Shown here one piece after another: positions 37,951-51,295 of a stretch of DNA of 64,000 nt. The notes beneath the pieces were generated by a model. It was not told the DNA's origin, ran no database searches, and was given only the letters and a program-made list of their open reading frames with translations. The translations under genes and the position numbers were made by a program. The DNA is from Paecilomyces variotii (Eukaryota), in NCBI GenBank assembly GCA_004022145.1, contig RCNU01000003.1. The stretch is one strand, 5' to 3'. Position 1 is the stretch's first letter. Every line of letters begins with the position of its first letter.

Positions 37951-40900
37951 TCAATCTCCGACACGGATCACAATCCCAACATCTACCGCTCTGGCCTCTC
38001 TGATGCTGCATGCGAGACATGTTCTTCCCACCCGGCTTATCACCGCGCTGGTCCCGACAGAAGCACACCATGCCCGTGCGAAAGCCTCCCGATCCTTCTC
38101 GCCCCGCGCATCCAAGATCCATGTCTCTGAAAAGGGTGACTCAGAGCTCTTATTCTTGATGTTGTTGTTTTTGTTTTTGTTGTTGCTATAACGCGACGGA
38201 AGCGCGGATGCGCCAATATCAGCAAGGGATCTTAGAGGGATATACCGATACGGATAAGACATGTGAAGCGGATGACCAGGAAGCCGGTCTGCTGTTGCAT
38301 GTTCAGATCTCCCACTAGTTGGCTTGGGCTGCTGGATGGTGGTCTTGTCCGGGGACGGGTTGCGGCTGTTGGTCGCGTATCCGTGTGGTGGCAGACATGC
38401 ATAAGAGGAGATAAAATGGGTATTGTAGGTCAATGGAAACGACAGGATGGTCGCTTTAGAAGCTGCCACGTCCATCAAGCGGAAGGCGACATATGCCTTT
38501 TTGGCGACCGTGATACCGTTCTGCATGGTCTCCTGTTCAGTTTTTCTAGATAGGAATAAGCCCTCGAGCGTTATCGCTGTCGTGTCCGTGACGGGTTGGT
38601 CCACAGGCAACGAGAATGTATCACTGGAAAGGGCACCGATTCCAAGAGGTGTAGATTGTAGCGCCAGCTGGGTTCCGTGTTGAATGCGCGGTTTCCGTGA
38701 CTTCTGCGGCACCTCTCTCGTCTCGACTTCGAGCCATGTATCTCCAAGAAGTTCTCCTGTGTGCACGTCGCGAGGGACAACATGGCTTTTTATCCAACCC
38801 ATGCAACCTGTAGTCTTGTCCAAGCAAGAGAGCACTCTTCCAACGACTGACATTTTGCTCCACCAGCTTCTATCATCATACACAAATCCACCGTACAGAT
38901 TTGCAAGTGGTCCAAGTGCCTTCATGGCTTTGGGGTCATTTTCAAGGACCGTCGCTATCAGAAAGTGACCGATTGCTTCGCCTGGAAGAACTAAACCAGA
39001 CAGCCACGTACGGGACATCCAACCGCCTACGTCACGTTCGTAGGAGCCGTCTTTGCCGACATTCTGAGGCCACTGCAGTAGGAGTAAACGCCGTGACTGG
39101 CTTTTGCGGTACATTTCGTTCTTGTCCAATGTCTGAACATACCTTTCCGGGAATGTGTTATGGACTGGTGATGCGTAGATGCTAGCAGTATCCGTGGAGC
39201 TGTCCCCAGATTTGAATTTGGAGCTCAGCTTCTCCTTCAACTCATCGGCTCCAGGCCATTCGATGCTCTGTGCAAAGATAAAAAGGCCCTGCAATTGCTT
39301 TTCTGGATGGCGAGGGACCAGAACATAGTCCCATGCCGACTCTGGATCAGCACTGGTGACCAGAGCGTCTCGGTGCTTATGACTACCGATTCTTGACAGG
39401 AGACCATGCCTACCAGCTGGTCTGTCCTGCGGAGGGACCTGCCCCTCTTCGTGGTGTGCTGGAAAATGCTGATAGTGTTGTACATCCACGTTATCGAAGA
39501 ATCGGCGCACCAGAATGAGATCCCAGTCCACCTTGCCAGAACGCAGTTTATCAAATCGCTCAATATCCTGTATGGTGAGTATGATATCCTTTGACTCCTC
39601 AAGTATACCCACTCGAACAACAGCATCAACGCGTATCAGTAATTCCGCTGCTAGCAACATCTGTAGTAAGAACCACTTTCTATCAAGACCACGCTCACTA
39701 AAAACCCTGTAATGATCAGGAGGGCAGTCTTTCGTACCCAGGAAATCTCCGTCCGGATGAGGCGGCATTTCCCAGAGAATTTGACCAATGCGCATACGCC
39801 ACTCCGTCAGACTGAAGTCGAACCAAGCTCCTTTGGTAGCCAGTACTTCGGTCAAGACTTCGATCTGGGTTTTCAGACTGTGACGATCCAAGTGTTCGAA
39901 TGTCCTCGTCGGGGGATAGAGAAATTTGGTAAATAGATTGTCGTACAGTGTGCGTGTAGATTGCCTGTCCAGCACAGTTTTCGCACTTCTTTCCACAAGG
40001 ATCTCGTGACGTATTCTACTCAATTCCTGAAGTCGATTGACCACGGATTCAATGGTGAAATCCCGAACCCCGATACGCTTCCATCCAGGAGGTCCTTCCA
40101 TGAGTAGCTTGTGACGGTCGTGGACTATATCGTTGTTGCATTCTGAGTAAGGACTGCTGAGATGCTCCATAATGTGGAATGCTTCAGAGACCGGCAAGGC
40201 AGCAAGTCTCTGAAAATCATTGCCTTTTGGCACAGGCGGTCCTTTGTATTTTTTATTATCGGCAACGGGCAGCTCGAGGAAATGACGAAACCCCACAGAA
40301 CCCGGTTCCTTGCCGTTCATGGATATCATGTTTGGAAATTCGAAGACGCCTACGTCAAAAGAAGCCCGTCTTATTACATCGCTGTTTCTCCGGTCAGTTT
40401 TCCACATCATGGTGTGCCCCTTCTTAGACCATTCATCTGGCACTGGGAGATGGGCATGTAATGTCGACAGCGTAAAGGACGGGTGCATCAGTGGTTGCGT
40501 ATCCCACAGATCTTGAATCATAGTGACATGCAAATCCCATGGGAAAAGCACCTGCGGGTACCAATAATCGTTCCTTCCCTTCTCAAGAATGAAGTGCGGC
40601 GCCCCAGAGAAGAAGTGTTTGAGATCCCACTTAGTGAGATGAGAAATGTTGTGAGGATGTTTGTGAGAATGCCCTGATTGATCACCCTTTGGCTTTTCCG
40701 TCGTGTTCAGGGCCATTTCCATAGCATCATGTATATTCGTAGGCTGCTTCGGCTCTCCCATGAATGAAGGTGGGCTGGATGACAGAGGTGACGGGGAAGC
40801 ATCACTATCGCGATGATTGTCAGATTCATCCTTTGGGATCTGGATATCCACGGCTAGAGGTGCATCATTGTGCTCCTGGACGCAGGTTAGTAAAGGTCCG

Positions 40901-41215
40901 TTCAGGAACCTCAGACGGCCTGGAATTTGCACCAGCAGCAAATGTATAGCTGCAGAAAGATATACGTACAGCATTTTCTTTTGCCTTCAGAGAATGTGAC
41001 GAGGTTGTCTCCGTGCTACCACCACTCCCACCAGTGCCACTGCGCAACCGGCTCAATAATGACATGCGTACCGGCGAGACGTCCTCAGGCGACCTCGACC
41101 CTTCCATGTGTGAAAGCCGCTTCATGGAGCCCGGTCTCCCTGTCTCATTTTCCGATGAATCAGACGCAGGAGGCCGTATTATTGGCAACTTATTCACTCC
41201 TTGGAACAGAGGCAT
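37951..41215 (-). CDS. Large (~1050 aa) fungal protein of unknown function
   Basis: Exon 1 41215-40970 (MPLFQG...), intron 40876-40969 (GTACGT..CTAAC..CAG), then a ~2.9-kb open exon ending ARAWCASVG...RTCLACSIREA. No domain recognised. Confidence 0.85.
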
Positions 41216-42374
41216 TTTGTATGAATACCCACGCCCACTTCCCCTAACCACTTCCTATTTAGAACGTCGAGCTTATCTCAGAGCGACTGTTTTCAACAAT
41301 CTAGTTTTGTCCCCCGGATCAGCGACAGATCTGCATGTGACATATGAGATGCAAGCAATTGGCAGTCGAAACCTAACCTCGTTTCCTAGTTGGAGAACCA
41401 AGCAAGGCGGGGTACGTAGTCCTCAAAAACGCCTGCAACTGAGAATCAAGACACAAGAAGATGTATGTACTTACTCATCAGAAGGGGAATATAGGTGATA
41501 GAGGGAATCCTAGTGGCAAGGCCTCAAGCTGCCTCAGGGTTCGAAATTGTCAAAAGAAGTTGGGTGAGTAAAATGGTTGAGCGCGACCACGACCATCATA
41601 TGAGCAGCAAGCAGGGCCATGGAGCGGAGCGCAGCTTCTAGAACTGCGGCCGGCCGGAGTCTGGGAGTTTTGTGCAAGCCCGTACGTAGCTGCACTTGGT
41701 TGCCGACCGTCCGTCGGATCTGTATACATCTAGCTAGCAACATTCTTTGTCACTACTAGATGACCCGTGCCACGGGGATGCCAACAGGTTTATCGAACAT
41801 GGTCGGTTTCGGCCTTGGGGCGGCCTGACGTTTGCCAAGTCTCCAATGGAAAACAACATGACAGCCGGATCCGTGCCGAGATTTCCGAGAGCATCATCAA
41901 GCATCCCGATCGAAAGAAAACCCTCCTGATTGCCCTTGTTATTGTTTGGTATATGGTATTCAGGCACGCAGGGTTGGGTAACTGGAGGTTGGAATTAACA
42001 ACATCGGTTCTCCGCGCGGATAGGGCTGTTCGGATCCTCTTACTGTGGGGTTCTGAACTGGAGATCTCGGAGGCGCCGGATGTAGGATGTTGTTTCTACT
42101 GAGCAGGCTTGTTATAGGGATTCTCTTTGATAAGGGGAAACCCTTCACTAGTTATTCACAGATCTATGCTTATATGAACATGTATGCCATGCAATTGTCT
42201 GCTCATATGTAGTTCTTTCTGCTATTTGACTAACAAACTAGTTGCGGAAATTGCATGCCATTCAAATCAATGACTTTAGGTGGCGCGGTGTCTCCGGAGT
42301 TCTTGATCATGACATTGAATTGATCAGTCCTATCTTCATGAAGCGTCTTGCAACACGATACTGCAGGGATTTGC

Positions 42375-43315
42375 CTACAGGTGCTCGTGGAAGAAGCTCA
42401 GAACGGTCTTGTAACCCCTCTCATACTCCTTCACGACTTCCGGGTCCTGAAGGTTAGAACGAGCAGCCATCCAGCCGTGGATTTGAGTGGGGAAAGTATC
42501 GACAAGTTTGGGAACAGTCAAGTTCTCCTTGTAGGCCTTGACATCGTCGACAGGCTCGTCCTTCGATGCCAGCAACGCCATCGGCACCTTTACCTGCTTC
42601 GCGTCGTTCGGGTCTACCATGGCCGGGTGGGCCTGTGCTGCAGCCTTGAACAGCTTCTCATCCTTGCCTGCTGTCAGACTCGCGATCTTTCCTCCCCAGC
42701 AGAAACCCAGAATACCCCAGGATTCGAACTTGCCGCCGCTGGGGGCCAGCTTGTTAGCCTCCGCTACAATTTCAGGGATCTTAGAGAGTATCTTCGGAGG
42801 AGCAGCCTTGGTGGAGAAGAACTCTCCCAGTTTCTGCTTGTGTTCTTCAGTCTGCGGGGGGTACCACGAGATGTCCGCAGGGCTACCCTCAAAGAAGTCA
42901 GGGATGAACACCCTGTACTTCTTCTCTGCGTCGGAGTTGGCGAGTATATCGGCTCCCTGGAGAGTCTGTTCGAAGAAGCCAAAGATATCTACAACGCGAA
43001 GAAGGCAATTAGCAAATTCCAATCGCTATTATCAAAAGCACGACTTACCGTAGATCACCAAGATGGCCTTGGAAGCAGACTCGGGGCCAGTCACGTCTGT
43101 TTCAGTTAACAATGGAGCTGTCCAACGAACGTCACTAGAAGAGATACAACTTACATGTCTTCAAGCCAGCGATGGTCTTGTACTCTCCCTTGGGGCTGTA
43201 ACCCTTGGTGACAACGGGCGGGATGCTGCGATGCAGCGGGAAAGGTCAGCACACTGTTCACCGTGGTCCACGGAAGGGTGACCTACGAGCAGCAGGCCTT
43301 ACTGATGTTCGACAT
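42375..43315 (-). CDS. Dienelactone hydrolase family (Aim2-like) alpha/beta hydrolase
   Basis: MSNISKACCS start, three GT-AG introns, YDIFG, IPDFF, nucleophile motif GFCWGG, AHPAM, and catalytic His in QIHGWMAAR. Confidence 0.92.
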
Positions 43316-46300
43316 GGCTGCGGAACTACAATGGATAGATCTGAATGTGCTAGCGTGGTACGGTTTCAACGCGGTCGCAAGATGCGGTCTTCTGAGGGGG
43401 GTAGTTAGAAACTGTTGGTATCTCATGGGAAACGAAGACAGATAAGAAGCGCACGAACAGTCTTGCTCCTAGTCTAATTATTATTAATTAAGAGGAGAGG
43501 GCTTTGATCTGTTTCTCAGGACTAACAGTCTAAGTCTGTTTCTCTCGCTTTCAAGTCGACCGCGTAACTAGTTAATCAACAGGTGCCAAAGCACAGCAAC
43601 CCCGCCAGCACGACGTCATCTCGGCGACATCGGCAACGCGAGAGACGATCGAACTTCCGCTCTCCCTCAATGGAAACAATCGACATTCTTCCTCTATCAT
43701 AACTAATCATAACTAATCATTGTAAATAGCCGTTCATGTGAATTGATACCCATGGTGATGTGGGCCGGATAAACGGTGGATAAATGATTACGGAGCACCA
43801 CAGAACCGTTATAATATCGGTCTATTCAGTGTTCGGATCGCGTCTATATTAGCCAATTTCCACTTGGTATTCAAAATCGAGATCCAAAAGTCCTTTTTAT
43901 GATGATTGAAGTCTACGTTTGAACTAATTTCTCAAACAGTTATGCAAACAATTATTCAACAGAGCTTATGTTGCATAATTGGTCCTTTTCAAGCAGTGGA
44001 AGGCCCCAATAGGCATATAGAGGACCTTGGGAGAATCTAGTTCAGTTTCCAGTACCTACTTGACGGTCCAATAGCACAACTTAAGTTCCATAAATCTCCT
44101 ATTGGGCAGTAGGACAGTTGCTATTTGGCCGAAGCTCTATAGATTATAGTTGGGTCCTTTTTGTTTCTGTTCTAGTCTGAAAAATGATAGAAATATCTAT
44201 AAACCACGTCGTTAACTATACACAGTGAAAAGAAAAGAACTAGGTTTATCTTTGACAAACAAATTGGAATAACGATTAATGGACCTGAAGTTATTGTCGG
44301 AGCCTGCCTACAGGTAGATCTCCTGTTGGGTTTCTCCCACGCCTTTCTAGCTCCACCCACAGAGATAATCACGCTGAGCTAGTTGCTAGAGAATTCAAGC
44401 TCAGCGAGCTTCGCTCCAGAGTGATTAAGACTAGGACCTTTTCCTTCTCTGTCTTGCCCAGAACTTTTCGCTTCTGTTATTGCAGACCTCATGCTATATC
44501 TGCCAATCTGAAATTTTCTCTATTCAACGTTTTGCACTTCTGACACTACGAAGGAGAGAGCTCTTGTATTTACAGGAGAACATGCGATATTCACTGATTC
44601 AGTATACCTGTATTTTTCGTCATAATCATCTATCGCATCGATTGCATTGCCAGGGATATTGGATAGAATCTCTAATCTTGTCTAGATAGGAGCTTGTGAG
44701 ATTTCTTTAAGTCTCAGCAGCACAATACTCTTCCTAGGTCTGGGATAGATGAGACTGGGCTTTTCAAGGTATGTCATAAAAAGCATAATTAAACACATGG
44801 TGCGCTGGATTTCCCCGCGGATACGGCTACAATGTTACTCTGCTGTCAAGTCTTTTTTATAACTTTCATTCAACGAACGGTTGTATAGAGAATCTATACC
44901 AGGACAGGGCCAGATTGAATAATCTAATATCTATACTTTACTGTAGGTTGATGACGACTTGAAGATGATTTAAGGTCTCTCCGCCTGTTTGTCGAGTCAA
45001 ATCATACCTACTGCTCTTGCTGCGTATAGAGCAATTCCTTGTTCCACTACAGCCTTCAATGCGGGATAGAAGTTACAATCTTATCACTTTGCTTCTTGTA
45101 TATGATAGGAGATACTATATTGTCAAGGTTTTTGGTTCATAATTAGAAAGTCATTGGAACGTTTACAGGAACGTGCATTGATGAATCTCGGCTTTACCCG
45201 ATTTCATAATTGTCAAAAGCGTATTTCACTTCTTAATCCATAGGGCAACCTGGTGTCTATAGATTTATAGTTTCTGTCCGAGACAGAGATCCGCGAAAAG
45301 ACGTTTCTGAGGACTCATGGCATGCTAGGTTCCAAGGGAAAGAGAGAAGGTAACTTATGAAAACTAAATAGGCTCTCTGATGGTGATACGTGACATGTTA
45401 TGTGGTAGAGTGGATTGGCATCAATGGACCGTCTATTAGATTCCCTCCACGGCTTTGAATAGATGTTTCACAGTGAGATTTACTCAGAAGATATATCACC
45501 AGAGACTGACCTTTCAAGAGGTTATAGCGATCTAGAATAATATTCTCGCTCATTATCTGATTCATATGCTCTTACCTACATTCTAGGGGATAAGGCAGAG
45601 AAATTATCAGTGCAGGCCTATGGATTTGTGACTTACAGAATCTTATGATCCACCGGATCGTTCATATATACAGCTTTCCATAAGGACAGTATATGCCAGT
45701 GAGTTTCAATGACTCCGTTTACTTTAGAGAAACTATAGATTCCAGAAGATCTGATATACATCATCATATTCCTTAGAAAAATAGCCGTCTTTACTTAACG
45801 TCTTTCTGTGATAGATGCTCAAATATGGATACAAGAAGACGCTCCAGTTCCCAATACACAGGCCTGTTTCTACGGCTTGGATATACTATACATATATCTA
45901 CTAGCTAGTACGCTGACAGTTACCATTTTATGGTCAGGATCAGACGAAATAGATAGCAAGTGCATGAAAACCACGTGTTCCTTTGTGTTATATGAACCAG
46001 AGTTCTCAGTGAAAACGCTAATATAACATCATTTCTATTGCAGAAATAGAGCCTCATACCCCGTACACCTCTCGTCATCACCTCCAATAATGAACGAGTA
46101 AAGGACGAGGCGGTGGTTGGCCTGGCGCGGGGAAATAATCCAGGAAGTAGAGGCACGTGGTCTGTGCTCGATCCTCTCTAGAAGGTCACCTGATTCTCTT
46201 GGATGGAATCGCCTCCCATCCGATCTCAGCTTTCGAGTGCCTCTCCATGGTTCCACCGACACTCTAAGTCTTCCTGCTATCCCCAGTACGGAGTACTCTA

Positions 46301-47399
46301 CGCCGTACGCAGTCTAGAGTATGTATGGTATCTCATGGTGGGTCAGCCCACTAACGCTGACAGTTTTAGGGGCCTTTCTTACAGCAGACTAGAGCGAAAT
46401 ACCTGGGTACCTGAACCGAGACTTGGTGGTCTCGACCAGTCCGGAAACGACCTAACGTGCGCTTTGAAGTCCTCTAATTAAAGGCAGACTTTGGATTAGG
46501 TGATTCTGACAGATAGCCTCGCTTGAAAGTCGCATACGCATAATTTTGGGCGACCAGGGTTCCCATAAACCGAGTCCAGGTATCGGGGGAACCATCAAAG
46601 GCTCCGGAGCCAGGCTTTCGCGGGTTCTTCGGTTCCTGAGACGGATCACAATCTATCGAGGTCTCGGTACCCCTGAAGCAGAAAGTGGGATTCTGCAGGA
46701 TATCTTCGAACAAAACAAAAGAATAATAATCTGATTCTGACTAGGGGGTCTTAATAGATCTGGTTCTGGCTTGTCACATTCCGCTGCATGTTCAGCCGAA
46801 ACTTTACGCATGACATGAGCAAATCGGGTTTCGCCCCCAGACGATTCGTTCGTATGCTATTATTTGATGATCCGGTGATTGCTCTTCCAGAGTTAGGAAG
46901 ACTGTGTTTTGCGAAAGATGTATTCATCACTGCTAAACTCTATGACTCTATCGGGTCTCCATGCTCAGCTCACTTTCCTGGAAGAAGCACTGGAGATATC
47001 GAAATTTGACGAGATCAAGTACTATCGGAGAATTTATGGCTCAAGAATCTGTCAGTCATTCATTCATTCAGCATGTAAGACGGTCAATCGGGTCAGCAGC
47101 ATGATTTGCCGGCAAATCCTTCAGCGCACAACTACCTGTGCTTTATGCGAGAGCTTTGCGCTAGCACAACCCCAAGCAGTGCTACCGGTTTTGAAGCACC
47201 CATTCAACCATGGGGCTCTCGTTATTATTATTTACGGCTTTTTCAGGATCCTGAATGGGGATGGGCCGAAAACCCTGGTTGGCCCAACTAACCTTTACGG
47301 AGTACGTCTGCACTGACCTACGGATTAGACCTGATCTGGAGCTCTGCGTTGTTGTTCTCGTTCAGAAGCCTAGTAAAATTACCCTCTTACCGCTTTCTG

Positions 47400-47790
47400 C
47401 AGCAGAATCGACGACATTATCACTCTTTTCCCTATTATTGTCCTCGATAAAGCAGATTCTGCCTCGCGCTAGCAACGAAAGTACCCGATGCTTGATTGTT
47501 GGGGTTGAGCCCCGAGACTAGGCTCTGGAAGCACGCGCTTGCAGGTAGAGGTCCGCGCGACCGTGATTAACACAGGAATCAACGATCTGATGCGCATTGG
47601 ATACCATCGATTATGGTGGCTCTATGCAATTCAGATATATGCATATCGATCGTGGACGCCAAGCCTTGTCAGCATTGACGCCCAGGTTGCTCAGAAGTGG
47701 AACGTCCCTGCAGAGTGGAAGCTCGTCGCACAGCTTGTCTTTGGCAAGCCTGAGCGTGAGCGGCCAGCGACTGATAGCACTTAGCTATCT
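47400..47790 (+). pseudogene. Degraded nitroreductase (Frm2/Hbn1-like) remnant
   Basis: SIDAQVAQKWNVPAEWKLVAQLVFGKP matches the Frm2/Hbn1 C-terminus. Upstream fragments (NRRHY; NESTRCLIV..RLW) resemble the N-terminal motifs but are frameshifted, and the central LQHYNP segment is missing. Confidence 0.6.
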
Positions 47791-50700
47791 CAGATTGACC
47801 AAGGAGAGCGCTTTGAACACAGACTCGCAGCATGCGACCGCTTCCGGGCAAAAAAGCATGAGAATACACTCGTGGGGCAAATAATAATGATGACATGTCC
47901 GCGTGAGCTTATAGGATATTAGGCCTCCCTGCCTGATATGGAAAGGTGAGACTGTTTAACTAATAATGAACAGAAAACCCAAAACTAAAAGCATAGTCGC
48001 TCTTATAGATTGCATTCTCTGTCCCACTGTTGGCGCTAAAATACTGGCGCTTTCGACCACATGGCGCGGAACAGGCAAGTCTGGTGTTGATGATAGGCAC
48101 CCGAGCCCCTCGCATATGCTGTACTACACGAGTCGTCAGAGATGGAGATCGCTGTGCGGGAAGTTTGGTGCAAGCGAATGTCCCAATATAAACGCGATAT
48201 ACCCTTTGACTCTTTGTCGAGATGCAAAATATCTCAGAATACAATTCTGCCAATGTTGTAGCATAGGTAAGGTTAATGAGGTCAAGTGTGCGCCAGTTCC
48301 TTGATTGATTTCTCAGCAAAGTATAGAGAAGGACTAGCAGCGACACCGTTTCTATGGATTCTCAAGCGCCGCTATCCAGCGCATCGTCAGATTTGCTGTC
48401 ATCTGCGGCACCACTCATATCTCGCAACCTAGAATGACAAGTTGAACTTAATCCCCAATACCGACAGACTGGCGCGGAGATGCCCGGTGACTCTGCGGCT
48501 TGCTGCTGTGCCTTTCTCCTGGGATAAGCCAGTAGCAGCCACCCGTGATGACCCTGTCATTAGCGGACCATGGGCCGCTGAGACACCATGCAAACTGCAA
48601 AGAACAGCGGTGCGGATCCTGCTCTCCCCAACTCCCACCGGTTCCTCGGATGGACGCTCTTGATTAGCGCTCTGCGTCGAGCGCATGGTTGGCAGGGATA
48701 TCCCGGCGCTCCGTACGAAGGACTGAGATCAGTCGAAGTCACTGCTATTGTGGGTTTGCCTTGGTTCGAAGGAAACACACAATAATAATAACCGCAGCAA
48801 GACCAGTGTTTTTAATGTCGTTCACCACAGCCTTATTCGTTGGTATCTATGCAAGGAACTACTCCTTCCTCTGTTAGGTGAGCACTGTATCCACTTGTTA
48901 TGTTATCGAAGTGAACAAGAGGCCATGTCTGGATTGTTCGGGCATCGCTCTCTACTGTTCTCAGTAAGACCGGCTGAGCGGCGAAGACCCCAGAACCCAT
49001 GTCATCTCCGAAGTGAAACCTGATGATTACCATCATGGTCCCTAATAATAATAACACAGACGGTCCCCATCCGCGGCCATCGCCTAATCGCCTAGAGTAT
49101 GGTGCTCTCCTACAGGGTCGGATCTAACCAAGATCATGGATGGCGGCCACAGGCTCCAGACTGTCCTGCTGGCTCGTATTACTCTAGCGGCAATGTCCAA
49201 TCCGATCTGGTCTTGAGCGAATCCCGGTCACCGGCCTAGTCAGTGAGTGGCCTGAGCTGCCTTTTGCTCGCTTTTGTGATTGCGCTGCTGCAGCAAGACA
49301 ATCTTGCAGGTTATTTGCGAATAGCCCCCGACGCAAACCCTGGGCTACCAATGCCCACTTCCCTCTGTGCGGACTCTATGGATAGCGCTGCGCTGCGTCT
49401 GGCAGACCACTCGAGCGCGCAGACGACGTCGCTCCGCATTGCCGGAGTCTTTTTTCTCTGTTTCTTCCAGCTTGTTCTCTGGCCGAGATTTCCAGTCGCT
49501 GGTCCCGCCCCCCGGCCTGACCACCAAGCGGGTGGCGCCCGGTCCCTCGATTAGACGAGAGACCCATTGAGCCTTTCCCGTCTTCCCAGAAACGCCGAGC
49601 TGGGGCAGGGTCTGGGAAGGCCTATTCGACCCAGTGATATTATTGCCAATGAGTTGGGACCGCTGGTTAACTTTGCCGGAATAGCGCTCGAACTCGTCGC
49701 TCGAGCCCGCTGCCCTTGGTACTGCCCGGAGCGGCAAAACCATGGATGGGGAAAAGGCGACAAAGAGAACGGCAGTCTTTCGACCTTGCTCCAGATCCTA
49801 CAATGGCTCGAACTGACTGGGGGCCAGAGAAAGAGCTCCTTGATAGCGTAAACTCTTGACCAATAGTACTAGACGTTCTTTTGGAATACGGTTTATCTTG
49901 TTCTGTTTTTTCGCCCCTCATACGATCAAACAGTTGACGGACTGTTGGACTTCCTTTTTTCCCTTTCGACCCACTTGTTTTTGACTCGGTCGCGCACCCA
50001 AAAAGAAAAGGAAAAGAAGAAGAAAAAAATAATAGGCAGCTTTAGGGCGTGAGGGTCGTCGGAGGAACGCGACGCAAGGAGTACGCTCCTAGGCCAGAGT
50101 CGAAAAAAAAGAACACACCCAGTGGACCTGAATCTCCTTTGCATACGATCAGACAGAGGACTCTTTACATTCAACCTACCGGATGCTAAGCTTATATTCC
50201 TGACCCCAAAGAAGGAAACATATCAACATTCCAAGGGCGTCCCCAGGAGCGACGATCGTCCATTCTCCACCCGAGCCATCTATCAACACCCAGATTTCTA
50301 GATCCCCAAGGCACATCACGGATGGCATCTCCCCCTTGACGAGTAATTAGTCTTGCATCCCGGCGAATATCCACCGCGGAGCTCTCGTCCAGGGATCGCC
50401 TCAGCCCCCCGAGCTGGACGTTTCGGCCACCCGCCAGACGGACTTCCTTGAGCCCTGTCAACCACGTTGCCGTTGATCACTCCGTCGACAGATTCTCTTC
50501 CCACCATCCACTCTTCCTGATCATTCGACGGAGTCTGCCCCAGCGCTTGTGCTGGTGCTGGTGCCAACCTGACGGGGTCCCCCGCGCTGGCTAGACCGCG
50601 GCTGCACGATCGTGGAGCCACGCTCGAGCACCCACCGGTCTGGGTACATCTCTCTCCATCTTCCTGGAGGTGCTACTTCTCTCCTTCTCTCTTTTACCAG

Positions 50701-51295
50701 TAAGACTCTGGGCGTTGGGTCCTGTTCGTTCCTCTCAAAAGGCCTGAACCCCAGCTGATCGTCAGGCATCGTTGGACAACTATATCCATTGCCGTTCTCG
50801 TCAGTTGTCTTTCTTCCGGGACCCGAACAGGTGATGCTCTAAGAGCGCAAAACAAAGGACTCGCGCGTCGACCATCCCGGTCTTTGTCCTCGTCGATTTA
50901 GGTGTTAGTCCCGCGTCGATCCTCTTGTGTGACTGTCTACGATCAGCCCTGTCCCGCTCTGATCGCGTTGAGCGATCATCTCCAATCACTGCTTCTTCGT
51001 CCGAGACTGAGATAACTCGGACGTCTTCATCCTATCCTCCTTCCCTTGGCGTGTATCTCTTGGATTGTCGCAGAAGAGCGGCTCCAAGGCACATTCCTGA
51101 TCGCCCCTCCTGGATCCCTCAGGCGTACCTGGTGGACGTTACTGGATATACGGAGCTAACACGTCGTTCCATTCTGCGAATCTCCCAACGACTCTTCCAA
51201 CTCCGCCTACGGCAGAGACCGTCGTCCTGCGGCCGTCCGGGCAGACGAGAGATCCGTCCGGCAATCTGGCGGCCTTAGCAGTTCCGCCGCCCGGT

